Source: Trichinella spiralis (lineage: Eukaryota). From it: a stretch of 64,000 bases of DNA. The stretch lies in NCBI RefSeq assembly GCF_000181795.1, contig NW_003526948.1, forward strand, positions 1,806,785-1,870,784, given 5' to 3'. Below are positions 55,746 through 64,000 of the stretch, in pieces. The notes beneath the pieces are model-generated. The model was given only the letters and a program-made list of their open reading frames with translations. It made no database searches and was not told the origin of the DNA. The position numbers were made by a program, and so were the translations under genes. Each line of letters opens with the position of its first letter. Position 1 is the first letter of the stretch.

Positions 55746-57640
55746 GGTGTAAAGTTGGTTTTTATTGTAAAAATCCAAAACAAATCTAGCTAACTGAAGA
55801 AATTAAATGGCCAGAAGGATTGTTTGACCACCGGTCAACGGTAGAAGCGGTCAGCAGCAGTGAAGAGCGGGCGATTGGGCAGGCCGACCCAATAATGCGA
55901 CAGGTGTCCGTCCAGTAGTTCAGACCAATAGAATACAATCTGGTGGAAAGCAGAGTCGGTCAGGTACGACTGAAGGCATTGTAAATCTTTTTGTTTTTGG
56001 CAGTTTGTTCTGCTTGGCTACAATCCCAAAGTTCTGGAGGCAGTACAAGGGAAAATTTGCAATTTTAACTTCATACTACCAGAAGAAGAAGAAAGATTGA
56101 GTTAGTTGATAAGTTGACCGACCAGCTGTCAAGTCGAGCAGATGTGCAGGGTGAAAAGTGAAAATCGAAGGAAAAGCAACAGGATGCCTTTTTTCAAGGT
56201 CTCCTAGCGCATCTTGGTGTTGCTAGTGTGCAAAGAAGGACTAACATTACTGCTTGCTGTTGGCCGATTTTATGCAGCCGATGACGATCCGGTTTGAAAT
56301 TAGAATTCACATCCTGATTATACAACATCATCATCTCAGCAAACTATAATTCATTCTTCTCTTCTTTATTCCTCCCCCTCCCCCTTTTATCTATCTCTTT
56401 CTCTTTCCATTGATCAGAAAGCGCAGCTTTTTATTTTAATAACTGCTACATTTCTTTAGCTAGGCCAAATAGCTATTGTTACAAGTATAATATCTGTTAT
56501 GAACAGGTGTCGACCTGAAACAGCCATCCTGTGAAAAGAATGGAATGTTTTACTGTAGTTTATTTCTAAGAAACGTTTTGCCACAACATCAAATGATAAA
56601 CAGTTTTAACAGTTGAAGTAAAACAAAATACAAAATAATAATTAATTTTACGATACAATTTAACTGTTTGATGTAATATTAGAAAGCATTCCATTTCTGT
56701 ATATAATTATCGTTTATAAATGGGACGATAGCATTTGTTCAATTGAAATGTTTCACAATAAATATTTAACTAAACTGATAGGCGAAAAGTGTTTTTTTAC
56801 CCATAAATTGAAATATTCATGCAATCTTACAATGCAATTTAAAGTTTTTGTTGCAAATTATTTACACGATATCTGGTATGTTATAACATCAATGAATGCA
56901 TCGAAAAAGGAAAACAATACAATTGCAACAATTCGATATATGAATAAACATCTGCATTATTTCAACATAATAAACTTTTATACATTAATGCTGTTGATAA
57001 TGACAAATGAAAGTTTGAAATGACAAGTATCCAATACTGATCAATAACTGGATAAATTTATTTCAAAAATAGGACATGTTCATTCCAATAGCTAGATTTT
57101 TGTCACATTTATATTTATGAATGAACTTATTAATCTTGTTAAATAATGTCATATTTAAAAATTTCATCACTTTGTTAATCAAGTAAGACGGTTTTTATTA
57201 TTGATCGACTTCATATGAATAAAATAAGGAAAATAAAATGCCCTGTCAGTATGTTTAGCGAAATGAATCACTGCTTATAAAAAGAGTAGATCAAGAATTG
57301 CGCGTATCATTCAATTTCAGCGTAAATCCTTTAAATTAAGCTTATTATTAAAAACAACTACAAAGATTTGCGCAACATTTTGCACTACTAAAAGCAATAT
57401 CAGCGAACAATTCAAAATTTTATTTTTATATTTATTCATTTGACATTGAATGTTCAAAATATGAAATACGGTGAAATAATATTCAAACCAATTTATTAGT
57501 TTTCTTTGTTAAGTCAATAATTAATTGCACTTCATTTTGACTTATGCAAATTTTTACAGTAGGAAAATTATTTTGTAGACATTTTTTAATACCAAAGCTT
57601 GTTATGGTTAGCATTCGTGATCAGATGTTAAGTTGTGTAA

Positions 57641-57646
57641 CACGTG
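57641..57646. promoter_or_regulatory. E-box (CACGTG), possible CLEAR/HLH-30-type site about 400 bp upstream of ATG4
   Basis: aaCACGTGaa lies in the divergent NHS-like/ATG4 intergenic region. A 6-mer can arise by chance. Confidence 0.2.
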
Positions 57647-58042
57647 AAAGTGAGTAATTCAACTTGTTGTTAATTTAAACTGAACAAGTTTCGTGACAGA
57701 TGAACAGATGAAGTAGATCCATGTGTATACTATACATACATATATTTTTACGTATAGGAAGCATTGACAAAATGGTGTTTTTTAATATATATATATATAT
57801 ATATCAGTTACTTGAGAGCATTTATTTTCTGTTTTGTTATTTGTATAAATTTAAATATAAATGTAAACAGTCGTTGTTATTAATTGTATTCGATTTAGCT
57901 GCTTTGATGTTGATGCTTGTGTGGGTTTCCATGTGTGCAGTAAGATAATGGAACGGAAATTCTACGAAACGCTTTGGGCGGGGTTGTTGATTTAGACAAA
58001 AAGTGAAAGCTCGCTTTGTGAACATAGCTTTTGTTGACGACG

Positions 58043-60890
58043 ATGCATCAGCAGATGGATGGAAAAAATGATTTGTCCAACTCGCCGTTGTGTTCAGGTA
58101 ATGATTTTAAATTTTCAACAATGCACATAAATGTCAATTAGAGATTAACGCTTTGAACTGTCGCTTCCTTGTTTGCATAGTCACTTTTCATCAGCATCTA
58201 TGTGGTGCAGTTCAAGGTTGATTCATTTTTATAATCATTTTCAATTTATTTACAGAAAAATGACATCATTTGATTTGATGTTATATATATACATATATGT
58301 ATGTGTGGGGTTGTGGGTGTATATTAATATTTCTTTGTATGATTAAACCGGCTGTTGTGTCGTGGTATTGATTGTGAATAATTTATGAAAAGAGTTGTCA
58401 AAATGGGTTTTCTCAATGTTTCGCGTTCTTTTTTGCATGTAGGCTGAAACGTGATTATTTGTGCCGTTTGATTTATGGCCGGGTTGCATTTCAATGCAGT
58501 GCTCGCTTTACTGAATTGTTGTTGCCAGCTTGACGAATTGTGCGTGCCATTTGCAAAAGTTTATTTATAATTTCCTGTTTGCATTATTGTTCAACATATG
58601 CGCATACATTGATGATCCATTTGCCCGTCCGTCGTTGCACACACATACACACAGTTTACGGTGTTCCTCTTGTATGCAGTTTTAGTGGTTGTTGTTCGTT
58701 GAAAAATTTGCATGTTATTTTCAAGCAGTTTAGAGGTGTAGTAGGTACGGGTAGAGGATAGCAGTAGAGAGAGAGAGACAGGCAGCGAACGAGGGAATTA
58801 ATGCTCTCTGCTTCTAAATTTACACAAAGGACGACAACATTTCAAGTGCTCTTCTGCTGTTGTTAGCTTTTCGTTCAAGTTTCCAAATGATATTTCTAGA
58901 AAGCAGTTATTCTGTAATACTACTGCTAGTGCTGCTGCTACTACTACTACTGATAACAATAATAATTTTTACCATTTGAATAAATGAAAAAATGTTCGAA
59001 TTTAATGATGAAAAATTTTCACTGCAGAGGACAGTTGGGCGATGGCAACGGACGATTGGTCATCGGATATATTCGTAGTGCCGTCGGATGTGGTTGCGGG
59101 CGGTGGCAACGAGACCAGCACGGCGTCGAAAGAGATGCGCGAAAAGTTGAAATCATTCTACAAAAAGATGCGCTACAGTAAGCGAGCGATTGGAACTGCT
59201 CGACGAGGAAATTGTGATCATCGACTGTGTTGAAGGCTTTTTCCTGAAACAATCAACATCGTTCGATTCGCATTCACCAATTTGGTTGCTTGGCAAACAG
59301 TATGCGAAGAACGGTACGACTGCAGGGGATGATTTTTGCCATGCCGTTTTCTGGACCGTTTGCTTGCAGAACCAAGACCGAACCTTCGACGGGGATTCGA
59401 TGAAAACAGCGCCGTGGGAAAGTTGAGCGATTTTTTGGAAGATTTCAGAACTCGTATTTGGTTCACTTACAGGTGAATTTTCATTTTTGCATTTTTTTGC
59501 AGCGGTTTTGTTTATTGCTTATCTGCAGGCACGGATTTCCATGCATTCCTGGTACGAAGTTCGACAACGATTGTGGTTGGGGTTGTACAATTCGCAGTGG
59601 GCAAATGCTGTTAGCCGAAACGATGCTTCGGCATTATCTTGGACGAGGTCGGTGATATGAACTTCAAATTACTGATTGATATTGCAATTATTTGATTTTC
59701 ATTTGTTGATATTATTAACTGTTTGATAATGTCGATAAGATTCAGATTGGCTTCTTGGTCAGAGTGGTCTGCCTGAAGATGAAGCGTTAATGCATCGTAA
59801 AGTGATTGGCTTGTTTTGTGACAATTTGACCAGTCCGTTTTCTTTGCACAACTTGGTCCAGGTTGGTCAACAACTGTTCGGTAAACAAGCTGGAAGCTGG
59901 TACGGACCGGTCAGTGTGCTGCAGATACTGCAAGTGGCGATGAACAATGCTATTGAACGGGGTCTGGTCGAAGGACTGGCCGTGCACGTCATTGGTGACG
60001 GGGAGCTGATCATCGACGACGTTGAACGTCTTGGATGTGGGCTGACCTTGGCCCCGGTTCCAAGGCGTGGTCCGGAGAATGATTTGGCCGATCGACAGCC
60101 GAAATCTTCTTCGTATTTAGATTTGAGACGTCTGACATCGGTCAGCAACGGGGATCTGCTTCCAAGTCATGATGGAGAGTCGATCGGCTCGACCGAATTT
60201 GTGGACGAGACCCGCAGCTGGAGCCGAGGGGTGTTGGTGTTGTTGCCGTTGAGACTTGGCGTGGAAAAATTTAATCAGCTCTACAGTGACCATTTGAAAA
60301 GAGTTCTGTCGACGAAATTTTGCGTCGGCGTGATTGGTGGTCGGCACCACAAATGTTATTATTTCTGCGGTTGGCATACCGACTATTTGATACGTCTAGA
60401 TCCCCATTATAGTCAACCTGCTGTCGACGCTACACAGCCTGGCGTATCTCTTCACGTAACGAACATTTGCATTTTTTTTCATTTTGTCTTTTCTTTTTAT
60501 TATTGGTTATATAGAGTTTTCATTGTAAATATCCAAAGAAAACATTAATTGCTGATATTGATCCGTGGTGTTCGATTGGATTTTACATCCGCAACAGGCT
60601 TGAATTGCAATCATTTTTGGCAGATATATCTGAAGTTGGTTTTGAATGATTTGCCTGTTTTATTGATACAGCTGTAAATGGATCATTATGTGAAATTTCA
60701 TGGACGAATAATTTAGGCTGCTGCGTATGGATGTTCGTCACCCAAGCATCCGTTGTTTACTATATTGTCGTCTAGAAATGAAAAGCACCGAACACCGATT
60801 CGAATGTCAACGAGCTATTTGGCATCGAATTCAACGAAAAGCACCGCATTGCAGCATTTGGCAGGCAGTCGAGAGTATATTTTCGTGTAG
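58043..60890 (+). CDS. ATG4: Autophagy cysteine protease ATG4 (peptidase C54, probably ATG4C/D-like), multi-exon; first exon 58043-58097 inferred
   Basis: IWLLGKQY, DFRTRIWFTYR, DCGWGCTIRSGQMLLA (catalytic Cys), LDPHYSQ (Asp-His), DIDPWCSIGFY and a C-terminal LIR-like EYIFV*. Confidence 0.93.
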
Positions 60891-61984
60891 GAAGAAGTAA
60901 TTTTGGGGAAAAATGAAGAAGAAAACAATAGAATAATTATTGCTGGGTTCGAAGGTATTCATTAAAAAGCAGCCGTTCAATTCTTAAAAGCAGAAGAAAT
61001 TTATTTTCAGCGCAACTAGTGTAAGATGTTTCTTATTCTGTGAATTATTTTTATCATTGAATGAACTGGGGGCAATTTTCTGAAGTAGAACCACAGTGAA
61101 CCAATATGCCAAGATAGTAGTATATCTTCCGAGTATTTCAAAGCGATAAGCTTCTTTTTAGCTGTTATTCCTATGTTAATCATCATCATACCAACTATCA
61201 TTAGATGATGAACATTATTATTATTATTTGTACACTCGATCGAACTTTGTTTTTTAATTTATAATATTTTCAGATGCATGCATATTTGTTGAAAATCGAC
61301 ATTGTTTATCTTATTGTTGCTGTTCATTTTCGAGAGCGATGACAAAGTCGAATTTTATGCTTATTTTTCATTCATACATCTTTTCTTCTTGATGCAGAAT
61401 TAATAAAAATTTGAATAAATTACATTTCGTGCTCGTTATCTTTGCAATTTCACCATTATTATTTACTTACCTTGATTGGGATGAGATGCAATTAGGTAAA
61501 CAAAAGGATATTACATTTATTGAAAAGGAGCATTTATTAATTAACAGTCAATCACTAACGCGTGTAATGACGTATTGTATCAAATATACAACTTGTGCAT
61601 CGACAATAAAAATCATCGTACTATGTAAATGTGGGATGAAAACAAATACTATTTTATTTCTTTTCTTCGAAATACAAATATCATAATATTTATTAATGTT
61701 ATTATCATCATTATTATTATTAAGAAACAGATTTGCGAAACTTATTCAGTTCAACACGATAAGAATAAAGTATTTGATGAAATATTAGGAAATCAACAAA
61801 CGACGATGTTTACATAATTTAATAAGCCTTAATATAGCACATCAAAAAGGAGAAGTGGAGAATGTGAGAAACAAGAGGCAGAATTGCATCACCCGCTGGG
61901 CTTATATCAATATAAAAATGTTCATATAACAGCACCCATACATACGTATATATTCCTGCATGCAAGCATACACAGACGTGCGCA

Positions 61985-62037
61985 TACACACACAACACAC
62001 ACACACACACACACGCATACATACATACACATACTGC

Positions 62038-62073
<36 letters not shown>
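61985..62073. repeat. (CA)n, (CATA)n and (AT)n compound microsatellite
   Basis: Directly visible tandem runs downstream of the ARID2 stop. Confidence 0.9.
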
Positions 62074-62074
<1 letters not shown>

Positions 62075-62335
62075 CTTTTTCATCTGTTGAAAAATATTAT
62101 CAAAACATGGACAATGAATGATTTCCAAAAATTCTGCCATACAACAACTCCAAATCTGCCTTATTAATAAAATAAAGTCTGCAATATTTTCTCGGCTAAC
62201 TAAAGAAACATATAAATGAAACGAGAAGAATCGCAAGCTGTTTCTTAACATTCGAAACATGATATAATAATAATAATAATGACAGTATTAATAGTAATAA
62301 TAAACAATAATAATAATTAAGATAATTAAAAAGAA

Positions 62336-62872
62336 CTATTTTTCAGAATCATCTTCAGACAACAGTTCCGGACGCAAGGCGCCAAGACACTGGGCCAAAG
62401 CACGGTTGCATTCCGTGCGACTGAAAGCCATGTGGACCAGTCGATTTTCAAAAAATAAAATTTTCCTGCGCGCATTTTCTGAATTCATCGCCAAATTGCG
62501 CAATACCAACGCGCTCGTAAAGCGAATACTTTTGGTCACTGGACCTTCATTTTCTTCCTGAGAAATTCAAAAGAATAAACAAACAAACAAACAAGCAAGT
62601 AAACAAACACAACAAAGCATTTTTTACGGGCAGATCTTTGGGCATGTTGACTAGTGTGTGACGTCGAATAGCCGACATTGCCGCGTCTGGTGCGTAACCG
62701 GGATGCGGAGGTGCACGCGGTTCGGGAATTTTACTTCGACCAGTCAGCAGCAATTCGGCTCGGCGCATAGCCGCCGCTCGAAGTACCTGCTCATTACAGT
62801 GAACTTCCTACAACACCCAGAACAACAAATAATTCACATTATTGTCGGTTATTACAAATCAATAAGTAAATA

Positions 62873-62905
<33 letters not shown>

Positions 62906-64000
62906 AACCTGAACATGGGCAACTAATGACCACTTCTTACGAACGGTGTCGTCACAATTGGCCCACATGCACTTTTGGCTGCCACCCGAGATGTGTGATT
63001 TATACACATGAATGTTAACACCTTGAGCACTTTGAAAGAGTCTAAAAATGAGCGAACAAATTTGCTTAGCACCAATTTGCAAATGGAGTGAATTATTCGA
63101 TTGGAAATTACTGTTTGCACTGGTTCCACTCGCAAACGTAACGCAAAGCCGCGTTTGCAGCCATCAGTGGGGGCGGAGTTTGCCTCTGGGACAGACGAAC
63201 GCTGGGCGACGTGGCCGCCAACGGTCGCTGTGCTTGCACAACCGACGGCGAGGAAGTGGCCTGACGGGCAGCCGGATTCGAGGTACAAATTATCTGTCGT
63301 TTGCGAGTGTCCACCACTTGCAACGACGAACAATGATGATCCGCATCGTCGCTGTTGGTCCTTTTGCGAGACACGCCGCCACCGTTCACTGGAACCCAGA
63401 CCGCGCCGACAGTGTCCGGCTTGTTCAGCAACACATGCAAATTCTTCTGACCCAACTTGACCGTATCCGTGTCGGGCGTGGCGGCGCGTCGATTTCCATC
63501 GGCGTCGGTACCGTTCAACATGTGCCGATCTTCGTCGAACCGCCGCCGCTGCTGCTGCTGCTGCTGCTCGGGGGGCGGTGGATCGTCGGTGCCATGCCAA
63601 GGCAGCTGTGCTTCGGCTGGGTCGGCGGCGGCGGCAGCTAACGACGACACAGTGCTATTTTCGCCTTCGCTCAAATCGCCATTCGCGTTTACCGCCTTCG
63701 AATACACGGCGCCGGTGCTGCGCGCCGCGGCGGCTTTGTTCTCCACACGCACGATTCGAGCTTCGTGCGCATCGTTAGCTTCGATCAGTGACGTCGCCTC
63801 CAACGCCGGATGGCACACCTCCAGCTGACATTGGCCACTTGCGGCCGGCTGTGAGGACGACACCGTGGAACCATTCAACGATACCGCACCACCACCACCA
63901 CCACCGCTGGACGACAACCTGCTGCCACTACTACTGCTGCCCGTACGACAACACGGCTGCTGCTTTTTCTTCACATTCACCGCAGGCACTGCTGCTGTTG
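62336..64000 (-). CDS. ARID2: ARID2/BAP170 (PBAF subunit), 3' portion; gene continues beyond the window
   Basis: C2H2 fingers YVCEWNQC and CMWANC..RKKWSLVAHVQ, plus AAMSAIRRH and EGPVTKSIRFTSALVLRNL..ENRLVHMAFSRTE. Confidence 0.92.

Noticed and set aside
62923..63828. Several long overlapping ORFs on both strands
   Set aside because: Shadow frames of a GC-rich, low-complexity ARID2 exon. The same applies to overlapping ORFs at 35832-36437 and 3538-4320.

Overview
This is eukaryotic, AT-rich, intron-containing DNA with short GT-AG introns, many microsatellites and compact gene spacing. Gene content and style fit a nematode, probably a clade I parasite such as Trichinella (inference). There are no prokaryotic features, and no rRNA, tRNA or CRISPR was recognised. 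Recognisable conserved multi-exon genes are SLC12A9, perilipin, an OCIA-domain protein, CHORDC1, a BSD-domain protein, MGAT5/gly-2, ANKLE1/lem-3, SECISBP2, cathepsin L, mitochondrial-type alanyl-tRNA synthetase, UQCRQ, an NHS/GUK-holder-like WAVE-homology protein, ATG4 and the 3' end of ARID2. Transposon debris (hAT, piggyBac) lies at the left end. The most notable observations are: (1) an accessory island at about 13-21.5 kb with two tandem 83-aa orphan genes, missed by the ORF track, whose exons have diverged far more than their introns, a TA-flanked foldback MITE in one copy, and a putative secreted N-glycosylated RRM-like protein; (2) a ZP-domain membrane protein with betaglycan (TGFBR3)-like Cys spacing and TM motif; (3) an AlaRS that appears truncated after the aminoacylation module, with only an out-of-frame editing-motif remnant. 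All exon boundaries were read by eye and are approximate, and all family assignments come from motif recall, not database searches.
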